Source of the DNA: Octopus vulgaris
Taxonomy: Eukaryota
Direction: 5' to 3'
DNA: 64,000 nt
Assembly: GCA_951406725.2 (NCBI GenBank)
Contig: OX597815.1
Coordinates: forward strand, 171,244,001 to 171,308,000
Shown here: positions 9,545 through 20,914 of the stretch, in pieces
How positions within the stretch are numbered: the first letter of the stretch is position 1
Layout of the letters: each line of letters opens with the position of its first letter
The notes under the pieces: model-generated
The model's database searches: none
Seen by the model: only the letters and a program-made list of their open reading frames with translations
What the model was told of the DNA's origin: nothing
Program-made: the position numbers and the translations under genes

Positions 9545-11707
9545 GTGTTTTTCGAGGTCAAGGATGACGTTTCTGAATTCTGCAGAAAACTTCGCCTAAC
9601 AGAAGCTTTGACAGATATCAACAATGGGGACGACTCATTGATCAGAAATAAAAGCAACTTCCTACCACCAAAAGGGAGAAATAAAACACTGGACGATTTC
9701 TGTAAACACATCCAGAGTCTCCCCTTTACCCCAAGCAAAACCAAAGTAAAATCCAATTTCAGTAAGGAAGAATGGGAAAACCTACGTGACATACAACTGG
9801 ATAAAAACCTCACCATCAAAGAAGCGGACAAAGGGAGTGCTGTGGTCCTTATGGACACGGAATTTTATAAACACCTAGTGTTCTCCATGCTTAACAATAA
9901 CATTTTCTATGAGGTTATTAACAACTACAAACAGCAAAAAACAATCAGAAACCTCACCACACTCATACGCCAACACGGCCAGGGACTCACAGAAAAAGAA
10001 AGGGATTATATCACCATTTTCAAATGCAAGCCCAGCCTTTTTTATGGCCTTCCTAAAATCCATAAAAACAAATACATCACCGAAGCCTGCAAACTCTCCA
10101 CTGACATCCACATCAACATCAAAGCACCGGAGGACCTAAAACTAAGGCCCATCGTGGCGGGTACCTCCTGTGAAACACACCGCCTGAGTAACTTCCTAGA
10201 CATCCTTTTGAAACCTTTCCTTACCCACATCAAAAGTTTCATTAGGGATGATCTGGACATGCTCCAACACCTCCCGAAAACAGTTAACGAGGAGGCACTC
10301 CTGGTATCCTTTGATGTCATCAACCTCTACACCAACATTCCACATGAGTATGGTATAGAGGCAATTGACTTCTGGCTAGAAAAACACCCAGATACATTCC
10401 CTGACCGCATTAACAAGTCTTTTATTACAGAATCTCTTAAGTTCATTCTGACAAACAATTTTTTTCTCTTCGACGACACACACTACCGTCAAAAATGTGG
10501 CATTGCGATGGGTACCAAGGCTGCACCAGTCCTTGCGAACCTCATAATGGGTTACTTCGAACTGTCACTCTATGAAATATCAAGCCAGAAATTTGGACAT
10601 GTTTTCCACACCTACCTAATGGAAAACTGGAAAAGGTATTTAGATGATTGTTTCATCATATGGAAAGAACCTTATGAAAAACTCCTGGAATTCAAAACCA
10701 TACTAAACAACATACATCCCAACATCCAATTCACTATGGAATTTAGCAAACACCATCTCCCATTCCTTGATCTCCTAATTATAAAAACACCTAAGAACCA
10801 AATCATAACAGACATCTACCACAAACCTACAGACTCACAACAATACCTCCTCTTTAGTTCATGCCACCCAAAACACACCAAGACAAATATCCCTTTCAAT
10901 TTAGCTAAAAGGGTATGCACCATTGTCTCGGATCCAAAAACACGAGAAATACGCCTTCAAGACCTCAAAAAAACACTATTACAACGTCAATATCCCTCCA
11001 CCCTTATAGAGTATGGAATAAAACGCGCCAAAGAACTAGACAACACTACACTGATAACCACCCAACCTAACACCACACACAACCTCAAAATACTTCCATA
11101 CATTTCCACCCACAACCCCAAAAATATCGAAGCATACACCACAATCATACAAAACCTCAGTCTACTGTCAACAGACCCAAAAATGAAAAACATTATAAAT
11201 ACACACAAAATCCTCAAATGCAAAAGGCAACACAAATCTTTAAAAAAACTCTTGACAAATGCCAAACTTCACACACCACATCCACCCCCAACAGTAAAAA
11301 AATGTGCACGCTCAAACTGTGGTACCTGCCCCTTTCTACTTGAAGGCTCTGAATTTACCTTCAAACAAGGTACGAAGTTTAAAATCAAGACTAACTTCTC
11401 CTGTTCCTCCGAGAACCTTATCTACGTTCTCACATGCGCTGGTTGCCAACATAATTATGTGGGACAAACGAGTCTCCCGTTACGTAAACGAGTAACGGTG
11501 CATAAAGAACAAATAAATCTCCCGGAATACCGACAAATTCCACTGAGTGACCACTTAGACTCATGTGCCAAAGACTTAAACCCCAAATTCTATATATTCC
11601 CCTTCTACCAATGTAAAGACGGGATCACCACACAGGAGAGAATTAACAAGGAGAATCTCTTTATTGAAAAATTCCAAACACAACTTAATATGCAAACTCC
11701 TCGTTGA
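9545..11707 (+). CDS. PLE reverse transcriptase + GIY-YIG endonuclease (720 codons; true N-terminus lies upstream in another frame)
   Basis: Same motifs as 4546-6708; differs by one residue (PKIHK vs PKTHK). Confidence 0.95.
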   Translation: MFFEVKDDVSEFCRKLRLTEALTDINNGDDSLIRNKSNFLPPKGRNKTLDDFCKHIQSLPFTPSKTKVKSNFSKEEWENLRDIQLDKNLTIKEADKGSAVVLMDTEFYKHLVFSMLNNNIFYEVINNYKQQKTIRNLTTLIRQHGQGLTEKERDYITIFKCKPSLFYGLPKIHKNKYITEACKLSTDIHINIKAPEDLKLRPIVAGTSCETHRLSNFLDILLKPFLTHIKSFIRDDLDMLQHLPKTVNEEALLVSFDVINLYTNIPHEYGIEAIDFWLEKHPDTFPDRINKSFITESLKFILTNNFFLFDDTHYRQKCGIAMGTKAAPVLANLIMGYFELSLYEISSQKFGHVFHTYLMENWKRYLDDCFIIWKEPYEKLLEFKTILNNIHPNIQFTMEFSKHHLPFLDLLIIKTPKNQIITDIYHKPTDSQQYLLFSSCHPKHTKTNIPFNLAKRVCTIVSDPKTREIRLQDLKKTLLQRQYPSTLIEYGIKRAKELDNTTLITTQPNTTHNLKILPYISTHNPKNIEAYTTIIQNLSLLSTDPKMKNIINTHKILKCKRQHKSLKKLLTNAKLHTPHPPPTVKKCARSNCGTCPFLLEGSEFTFKQGTKFKIKTNFSCSSENLIYVLTCAGCQHNYVGQTSLPLRKRVTVHKEQINLPEYRQIPLSDHLDSCAKDLNPKFYIFPFYQCKDGITTQERINKENLFIEKFQTQLNMQTPR

Positions 11708-12344
11708 TCAAACTTCCTTTCTCTACCTCACTCTTCATGGATGGACTAACACAAATATATAAAGATACCATGCATTCACCACTTCAAACTAAAACTTATA
11801 TTCTTTAAATATCATTTTCACTATTGTTGTTGTTACTACTATCATTTTTATTATAAATGATATGACAATTTGAAATGCAATTGTCTATGCAGTTTTATAT
11901 TATTAGAAAATAATATAAATAAAGTGTTAAAATCTGAAAGTTAAGTTAACAAGCAATTATATATAAAAAAGATAATGCAAATGAAGCTAAAATGATAGTT
12001 TTATAATTTGGGTTTTATTGAAGAACTCAAAAGAGTTGTCTCCCCTTACTCACAACACAGGAACTGAAGAACCAGGACCACAATTACTACTACTTCCTGT
12101 CCTGCAACATGCTGTATTTAACAACACAACACATCACATGCTCTTAATCCCTTTGGATCTTAACACCTCAAGGTAATTTTTTGGTAAACAACCATAAAAC
12201 TCAAGATACACAACGAAATCACAATGTATCGGAGAACTTATTTTTTAATTTTTGTACATTTTTATCATTATTCTTTTACAAAAAACATTGCAATTTTCTT
12301 TTTTTCCCCTTTCTAATTTTTTAAAAAACTTCTTAAAACATAAA

Positions 12345-12385
12345 TATTCTTGACAAGTCATACATTGACGAAAACCGGTTGAATA
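12345..12385 (+). ncRNA. Minimal hammerhead motif, U3-A8 variant, in PLE 3' region
   Basis: UAUUC-UUGACAA-GUCA(uacau)UGAC-GAAA-ACCGG-UU-GAAUA; palindromic AACCGGUU at stem III. Confidence 0.6.
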
Positions 12386-12472
12386 AATATATATATTTAT
12401 ATATTTTATCATTTTATCATTTTATTAAAATTTTCTTTCATTTGAGCATTCTGCATTTTTAAAAAAATTTTT

Positions 12473-12504
<32 letters not shown>

Positions 12505-12509
<5 letters not shown>

Positions 12510-13556
12510 CAAAATAAGCAACAGGATATATCAAGAGGTGATGCAGTACGACCGTTTCAAGCGGCTCCATTTAATTGAACAATACAATCATTATATCAGT
12601 TTAAATGCAGGGCTATCCTCAGCTGCATAAATAAATAGAATTTTTAATCAGTTCGACACATTAATATACTTTTACTCGAATTCTCTAATATAGCTAGAAG
12701 AGGGAAAGAGTCCATGTTGCTACTAATGTAGCTTAGAATATACTACACTTCTAAGAACTGTATGAAGTTTGATAGGATCATAGCTTGTAAAGGATTGTGG
12801 CTCACTTTTAATTTATTAGTTTTTTTCTTATCAACTACCAAATCTAAGGCTACAGAGCAGTGTCTGTTTAGAAAGGAGGGCAGGAGTGAGTTATCAGTTT
12901 ATAGTTGGGTATGGTCATAAATTTTGTCAGGATTTTAGGATTTGTATAAGTAACTGTCTATAAAGGAGCCACCTGTATATATGTATATACATATATATTA
13001 TACAATTTTAAGGAGAGATTGTTAACTTTAACAATGCTCAGAAACGGGCTAGAATTAAAGTGCTCTAAATGAGCTAAGTTCCAATTTATGATTTCAATGG
13101 ACGCAATATTGCCTCCATTGGTATGGCTGTTATTGCCTCCATTGAAGTCATATATACATATATATACATATACTAGTTGTTTTTTCCTGGTTTCACCCGG
13201 GTAGTTCGATTGATATCGCTGTAAAACTTGCTATCTTCTAAATATTTACCTCCTCTTTGTATTCAAACACCAAAACTAAAGGTAAAAAAATACAAAATAC
13301 TAACAAAAGCAAAAACAAAACAAATTAATAAAAATTTTAAGTTACCGAGAGTAACTGGAAGGTTTCAGTACTCCGATATAGCTAAAATTATCTTAATTTG
13401 TGTAATCAAAATCATTGTAGCTAATCTGAAGCTCAACCATGAATGAAAAATCAAGTATATGACAGAGAAGTTGTATGTACGCAAATCATATAAATTCTAC
13501 TTTGTTAAACACCATAAATACAATGTAAAACAGTAGGAGAAACTTTAAACAAATAG
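12505..13556. repeat. Second copy of the 76-1164 unit
   Basis: Direct visual alignment; scattered substitutions and small deletions. Confidence 0.95.
12541..12628 (-). ncRNA. Type I hammerhead motif, identical to 112-199
   Basis: AUGCAG-CUGAGGA...GAAA-CGGUCG-UA-CUGCAU on the minus strand. Confidence 0.75.
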
Positions 13557-13799
13557 AATTAATGTTTGACATCATCCCTTCCGTCCTTATTCATCTATCA
13601 CCTCTTCCTTTCTCATTCATAAAAATAAGAGTATTATTATAGTAGATTATCTCGGTAACTATGTGAGCTATGAAAAAATACGAAGTCCAGCATCACCACC
13701 GGATCATTCTACACATCTGTGTAATTTTTTCACGCAATTCCACCCAGCCGTTTGACCGTGAATCCCAAGACAAAAAGAATCACCCATGTCAAATTGATA

Positions 13800-13871
<72 letters not shown>

Positions 13872-14709
13872 TATATACCTAACTCTCCTCTCTTGCTCTG
13901 GCTCCTACTTCTTCTCTTCACTCCTATTCTCCTTCTCTCTTCTCGTCACTCCCCTTATTCCCCTTCATCGCCACCCCTCCCTCGTAAGCCCACCCCACCC
14001 CTACACATTCCATCCCATCTTCCTTATTCTTCCCCATCCCTCCTCATCCCATCCCTTACACCTACTCCTACCTACCCCACCTCTAGCCCCGCCCTCTGCC
14101 TACCTACATCCCCCACCCTCAGCCCAACGCACACCCCACCCTTGCTTTCCGCACTCTCACCTCCCCCACCTCCCAACACCATCACACTACTCCACACACC
14201 ACTACACCTTACACCACCATACCACACAACACATCACATCACAACGCACCACGCACACGTCAGCACTAACCACTTCCCTGACCCACATTTTCACACCTAC
14301 ACATACACACACGCACACGTCAAGATCACTAGCCCTCTTCCACACACACATACAAACTTTCGTATACACACGCACGCGCACCTTCGTTTTGGGATCACCA
14401 CAACTTTATTATCCCCCCCTTCTCCCCAGCTCTCCTGTTTGACCTTTATGTCTGGCATTCGCCATGATAGATCGCTAGATTGTCTATTTTCTCTCTTTGT
14501 TTCTTTCTGTGTTACTTTCTACGGATAAGCGTAGGCTCGAAACGTTAAAGACTTTTTCACTTTCCGAGCGTTATAATAATACATCTGTTTGTTGTCTAAA
14601 CCACCTGTCTTCTTTCGTTTTTTGTTTTTTTTTTGTGAATTCTCCCTATATACACACACATATACATATATACCCACCTCTCCATATATATATATTTATA
14701 TATATATAC

Positions 14710-15990
14710 CTCAGTAGGTGCCTGCGCTTCATCCCCCACACTCCATCCAGCTACGAATTTCGAACTCGTGCCGATATCCACAGCTTTGTGCGCCGTGTTT
14801 GTTTGTGTGTGCTATTTCGCGACACTCCACCTGCATCTAATGAGGAGGATCGCTTCACCGTCCTAGGCCGCCGACTATCCCAATGTACGCCAGCTCCTAC
14901 CCAGTTCCAAGCAGTCGATCTTTTTGCGGACGTCTGCCAGCGCGCTGTGGACCGGCAATGGTGGAGGTGTGGTGGTCTGGTGCGCGGACCTCTACAAAGC
15001 CGAAGCTCTCCACCAACTTCAAGACACCTCCTTCTACTGCCCTCTGCCTTCCAAGCCCACGCTCAGCTACCAACAGAGGTGTCCTCTACTATCCATGGCC
15101 TCATCTCCTACTCCCGTCTTCCTCCATCGCCTCCAACCACATTATCCGCACTCCTCGCACACTCAAAATTTACTTCCTCCACAAAGTCCACAGACCTAAC
15201 AACCCTGGCCGCTCCATCATCTCCGCCTGCAACTGCCCAACCGAACTCATCTCTAGATATCTTGACCGTGTACTTGCCCCCTAGTTGCTTCCCTCTCCTC
15301 TGAAATCCATGCTCTTCGTCTGTTCAACTTTTCTCTTTCCCTCCTGGTCCATCTCAACTTATCTTCACTCTTGACATCAAGAGCCTATACACGGTGATCC
15401 CTCACTACCTTGACCTTTGACCCAACCCCCAGCCTGACACATCCACACTTCTTCGTCTGGCCGAACTTGTTCTCTCCCTTAACTGCTTCTCGTTCGCTGG
15501 TGATTTTTACTAGCAGGTCTCGGCAGTGACCATAGGAACGAGAATGGGCTCCAACTATGCGAAGCTGTTCGTTGGCTACGTTGAGGCCCAAATATTCTCA
15601 AGTTTCACTGGTCCCACTCCCGAACTATATGGCCGTTATATTGACGACTGTATCGACCACATTCACCCGCGAACAACTATTCTCCTTCCTCTCTTTTGTC
15701 AAATCTTTCCAACCTGCCCTCCACTTCTCCTGCACTTCCGTCGCCTTTCTCGACATTTCAGTCAGCATTCATCATTCCACTCTCACTACCTCCATCCACT
15801 ACAAACACACAGACTCATACGCATACCTCAACTTCTCCTCCCCCAACCCTAAACACACCAAGCTCTCCATCCTCTATTCCCAATTCCTCCGTCTGCGCAG
15901 GCTCTGCAGTGACAACCATGACTTTGAGACTCAGTCTCAACTGATGGCTTGCCACTTCATTCTATGTGGATATCCCCTCATCACTATCTA
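14710..15990 (+). pseudogene. Decayed PLE RT of a second, C-rich family
   Basis: Frameshifted pieces: GGVVVW..DLYKAEA, IYFLHKVHRPNNPGRSIISAC, LDIKSLYTVIP, GTRMGSNYA, RYIDD, FLDISV, HYKHTDS, YSQFLRLRRLCS. Confidence 0.9.
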
Positions 15991-15999
15991 CACTATCTA

Positions 16000-16445
16000 C
16001 AAATGCATAACAGTCACAAGTGAGGCCAATGAAAAACTTGGGTAATTTGAGAATTAAGGAAGCTATCCTCATACACAGACTTGGGACCCTAATTAACAAC
16101 AGGCTAGAGGTTGGCAGTCAGTATATTATTTAGCTACATTTAGATGGGTGTAGGTTCATTTTTGATAACATGCTCATGTATTACTTATAAAAAAAAAGGA
16201 AACTGCACGTATAATGCATAACTTAGAAGCAGAGTTAAGGATGTGTCAATACACACCAGCTTGAGACATGGCCGCCCTCACGCACTCTTCAGGAGGAATT
16301 CAGGAAGGAGCTTCGTGAGACCACTGCAGTGACGCTTTCGGAAAAGAAAAAAAAAACGTTGGGAAACCGATTATAGTAGTGACTCGATCAATTCCTTGAG
16401 ATATCTGAAGAAGGAATTTTTATATTCCGAAATATTTTATCAGAA
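16000..16445 (+). mobile_element. 3' end of a third PLE (GIY-YIG tail + terminal hammerhead)
   Basis: LRIKEAILIHR..INNR-like translation at ~16048-16102, followed by a hammerhead at 16400-16441. Confidence 0.55.
16400..16441 (+). ncRNA. Minimal hammerhead motif, C3-G8 core with extra A
   Basis: GAUAU-CUGAAGA-A-GGAAU(uuuuau)AUUCC-GAAA-UA-UU-UUAUC. Confidence 0.65.
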
Positions 16446-16597
16446 TATGGATGATTAAATTATAACAGTTATTATAGTACATTGTTGTTATTATAGTGCA
16501 TTGTTGTGCCATTCAAGACGTTATTTTTTACAAACAATGCACAATGCTTCAAGCAAACTACAATACTCTCCTATATAAATCTCTCTCTCTCTCTCTC

Positions 16598-16652
<55 letters not shown>

Positions 16653-16759
16653 ATATACATAGATACATATTCATCTATACATATACATCTATGTATATAT
16701 TATATACATAGAGAAACTAGTAAAAGTGAAAATATAATCTCACAATAGAGATGTTATTG

Positions 16760-16925
16760 TTTCACTTTTGACACGTAATTCCGAAAAAGTTTAAGAGGTT
16801 GCTCCGGGTTCGCATTAGGCAAGGAGTTGAAAATTGGTGTGTACCATGACACTCCACAGACCCTAAGAAGCGCATGTGTAAAATTTGAATGAAATCAGTT
16901 GGGTGGTTCTCGAGTTTTAGTGATG

Positions 16926-16971
<46 letters not shown>

Positions 16972-17220
16972 CACATTCTCAGTTTTATATATACCTATTA
17001 TATAAAATCCATTCTGTGTGTGTGTGTGTGTGTGTATTCTAGGATCTCGGGCATCCTCCAACCGATTGCGCTCAAATTTGATATGTAGATACCGATGGTA
17101 TCAGGGAGTGTATAAGTCTTGACAAAATTACAAAAATCGATTCCAGGTGAGAATGCGATCGATAAAGTCGTTTTTGTCCTGCTTTCCTTCCGTCAACCTG
17201 TACATAACTGCACCTTCCAT
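16760..17220. mobile_element. Two back-to-back Helitron-like 5' ends
   Basis: TATATATAAAA..(GT)n..CCAACTGATTTCATTCAAATTTT on the minus strand and TATATAAAA..(GT)n..CCAACCGATTGCGCTCAAATTTG on the plus strand, resembling non-autonomous Helitron starts. Confidence 0.35.
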
Positions 17221-17554
17221 TCTTTTGTTGTTTTTATACTGCTTAAAGGCACGTTTACTGCCAAGCTTACTGTTTAAACCATGCTTGTGTTCTCCCAGTC
17301 AGCAGCCTTATCATTGCTGGTAGTTTAAACTCTTCGGTTGCATATTTGTGTGAATAAAATCGTTTTTCTTTGGAATAGAAAAAAGTCTATCTTTATTTCT
17401 TCTTTTGCTGGTGTCCCAAATTTAAGTTAAATCAGTGTTTCTCAAAATTTAGAAAATTTTGTTTAAATGTTTGACAACTCAGCACCGTCAAACAGGTGCG
17501 TTTTGCTCGATTGTGTGTGTGTGTGTGTGTGTGTGTTCTTTTGTTCCTGTATTC

Positions 17555-18165
17555 TTTTACTTATTTCAGTCATTTGACCGCGGCCATGCTGGAGCACCGC
17601 CTTTAGTCGAACAAATCAACCCCAGAACTTATTCTTTGTAAGCCTAGTATTTATTGTATCGGTCTCTTTTGCCAGGGACGAAAACACACCAACATCGGTT
17701 GTCAAGCAACGGTGAGGAACAAACACAGACACACAAACATATACACACACATAAATATTTATATATACATATATACGATGGGATTCTTTCAGTTTCTGTC
17801 TATTGAATCCACTCACAAGGCTTTGGTCGGCACGAGGCTGTAGTAGAAAACAGTCGCCCAAGGTGCCACGCACTGGGACTGAACGCGGAACCATATGGTT
17901 GCGAAGCATATATTCTTTTATTCGTTTCAATCATTTGACTGCGGCCATGCTGGAGTATCGCCTTTAGTCGAAGAAATCGTCCCCAGGACTTATTCTTTTT
18001 TAAGCCTAGTACTTATTCTATCGGTATCTTTTGCAGAACCGCTATGTTTCGGGGATGCTAAGTTTCGGAGATTCCCAAGACTTTGGTCAGCCTGAGGTTA
18101 TAGTAGAAGACACTTGCCCATGGTGTCACGCAGTGGGGCTGAACCCGGAACCATGTGATTTGGAA
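17555..18165 (-). mobile_element. Two adjacent tRNA-derived SINE copies
   Basis: CAGTCATTTGAC..CGGCCATGCTGGAG.. tails and GTAGAAGACACTTGCCC cores. Confidence 0.85.
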
Positions 18166-18928
18166 AGAACGGGTAGGAAGAGAAAAACATGATTGATGCG
18201 CTAAGTAGAATGTTTGTGGGTGCGTGCGTATGTGTGCCTGTGTGTGTGCGTGCACCCGAGTTTATGTGCATATATACGCACGTGCGAGTGTGCGTGTTTG
18301 TTTGTACATCCATTAAAATTCCTAGAAACTGAATAATAGTCGTGAATGTTAGTAAAATGCAATTAAAAAAGAGGAAGGTATCCTGTGTATTTGAACAATA
18401 TACATTAAGGAAGAAATACATTCAAATTCTCTTTTCACTCCCAATTAGTAAATAATCTGATAAGTATTTGTAAATTAGACTCAAGAACAGACAGTTTGAG
18501 GGATTGGAATACACTGACCCCCAAAATTAAGTAATCTTATGTATTTTACCGACTTGGAATGTTGAATTTAAGACTCAAAATGTGAAAAAGAACACCTTTC
18601 TGACCAGTGTTCTATAGTCTTAATGAATTTAACATGTGCTATGATGTTTAAAAACAGGCCGACCCGAATTTGTATCTTTGTGCGTGTGTGTGTGTGTGTA
18701 TGCATGTGTGTGTACACGTGTATATAAATATATATATACATGCACACACACATACATATATATATATATGTATGTATGTATGTATGTAGGACCTCGACCC
18801 CACAAGAGTAAACAAGAGAGACAGAGACGGGCAGAAACAAGGAAAATGCCACTTGTATTTGAACACTATACAAATATTCTTTTAAAAAATCTCTTCTTTT
18901 AATTTTTCTAAATTTAATTATTTAATTG

Positions 18929-18970
18929 TTACAGTTGAAAAAGTCTCAATGACTGAAACCGGTACTGAAA
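18929..18970 (+). ncRNA. Minimal hammerhead motif, U3-A8 variant
   Basis: CAG-UUGAAAA-AGUC(ucaau)GACU-GAAA-CCGG-UA-CUG. Confidence 0.7.
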
Positions 18971-19017
18971 TGTTCATTATAAAATTATTTTAGCATTTTC
19001 TATCTTTACTTTTTTTC

Positions 19018-19078
<61 letters not shown>

Positions 19079-19387
19079 TAATAATAATATTAGGGAGTAA
19101 ATCCAAACTTACAGGGAAAAATTAGATTTAAGATTAAATCCAATTTTATAGTATAAATTTATATATATATATTATATTAAATTAGAGATAAAACCACTAT
19201 TAGGCAAATCAAACAGTGAAAATCATAAACCTATACATAGAAATAAAATTAATTAATAAAAAATATATAAAATGTAAAATTCAAAATTTAAAATATTTAA
19301 ATTATAGTTAAAATTTTAAAAATTATTTAAATCAATAATTTATACTTATAATTTTTTAAATATATATATATATATATATTTTTATTA

Positions 19388-19486
<99 letters not shown>

Positions 19487-19489
19487 CAA

Positions 19490-20048
19490 AAAGTATTAAC
19501 AGTTTAATATAAGATAAAGTGTAATATATGTATATGTATGTATATGTATATATATAAACTTAGATAAACTTAGATATGTTTCGACCAATGATTGGTCCGG
19601 GCCATGTCTAACTTAATAGCACCACCTGATAGGATTATTTGAATCCTGTTTAAGTCAAGTTTTCTTTATAGTCCATTCAAGTAGTGAGTTTTTGTTGGGT
19701 GAGTTGTATCCAATTATGAGTGGCTTATCTGGTATTCCTTGAAGGAATCTATCCAGACTCCGTTTAAAGTTGATGGGATCCTGTTCCTCTTTGATCTCTT
19801 TCGGGACAATTTTAAATATTTTTAAATATAACTGTCAAAAACTATTAACAGTTTAATATAAGATAAAGAGTAATATATGTATGTATATGTATGTATATGT
19901 ATGTATATGTATATATATAAACTTAGATAAACTTAGATATGTTTCGACTAATGATTGGTCCAGGCCATGTCTAACTTAATAGCACCACCTGATAGGATTA
20001 TTTGAATCCTGTTTAAGTCAAGTTTTGTTTATGGTCCATTCAAGTAGT
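19490..20048 (-). mobile_element. 3' end of a CR1/L2-group LINE with local ~210-bp duplication
   Basis: Minus strand translates IVPKEIKEEQDPINFKRSLDRFLQGIPDKP..NSLLEW; 19490-19686 is repeated at 19840-20048. Confidence 0.65.
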
Positions 20049-20262
20049 TTCTCGTTGAGTTCTACGTCTATTTGTGGTGTCCTGTACACACGTATATATA
20101 TTTATATATGCATGTATATATACATGTAGATGTAGGTACGTACATATATGTTTGTATGTATGCATATATTTTATTTATTACACTATTGTATGACTGAGCG
20201 CCTTCGCGTCTATTCGATTCGATTCGTTTGTTTTCGTTTTGTTTCTTCTTCTTCTCTAAGTT

Positions 20263-20322
<60 letters not shown>

Positions 20323-20914
20323 CTTTTACCCGCTAGGGTACTGCTTTAAAGAAAATATAGTCGATATTTTAAGAATTTTAAATCGAATCAATAAATCTCC
20401 CCCCTCTCTCTCTCCCTCTTCATATACATATATATATGTATATGATATATATGATAATAATAAGAAAAAACGTTTATGTCGCACCTACCCTACCTTTTTC
20501 TGGTCATTTACCACTATCTAAATTACTTCTGCGATTTGTTTCTTTATGTGGTCAAGGGAATTTATAGCCATAGGGAATTAGCATTATTTACATTATTTAC
20601 ATTTAACGGATATTTTTCCTCATCTTGTTTGTTGTTAACACAACGTTTCGATTTATATACCCTCTAACCTACATCAGGTGTCTTGGGGAAATTTCGGACC
20701 TGAGTTCTCATTCCTTAAGTATTTTTCGATGTTATTAATTATTAACAATATGGCGTAGTGGTTAAGAGTGCGAGCTATTAACCCCAAGATTCCAAGTTCG
20801 ATTCCAAGCAGTACCTGAATAATAATATTAATAATATATATATATATTCAATTTGTTTTGCGGGAGAAAGAAGAAAGGTCTCAGTATGGCCTGAATCGAC
20901 TACCGAAACAATTT

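Larger units (their letters stand above)
8071..12477 (+). mobile_element. Penelope-like retroelement (Neptune-like), right arm of palindrome
   Basis: ORF1 remnant, IINLSSKTLTPTQINILARGLKFTPTP N-terminal PLE motif (9424-9503), RT-EN ORF, ~770-nt 3' region with hammerhead, ends in (TA)n. Confidence 0.95.

Noticed and set aside
9545-9547. GTG start of the 720-aa ORFs
   Set aside because: It lies inside the inverted insertion, and the conserved PLE N-terminus is upstream in another frame.
4546-11707. Naiad/Chlamys-type or selenoprotein PLE; telomerase; retron
   Set aside because: GIY-YIG is C-terminal, there is no internal TGA, and the motifs are those of a PLE RT.
13752-14528. 258-aa Pro/His/Thr-rich ORF
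   Set aside because: Low-complexity C/A-rich repeat sequence that begins in a microsatellite.
14515-14552. Hammerhead-like AGC-GTAG-GCTC-GAAACGTT (also ~1785-1820 and ~25530-25550)
   Set aside because: Stem II and GAAA remain but the first core strand is too mutated; at most a dead relic, so not counted.
20750-20820. tRNA gene (also 59290-59360)
   Set aside because: A and B boxes are present but there is no proper acceptor stem; these look like SINE heads.
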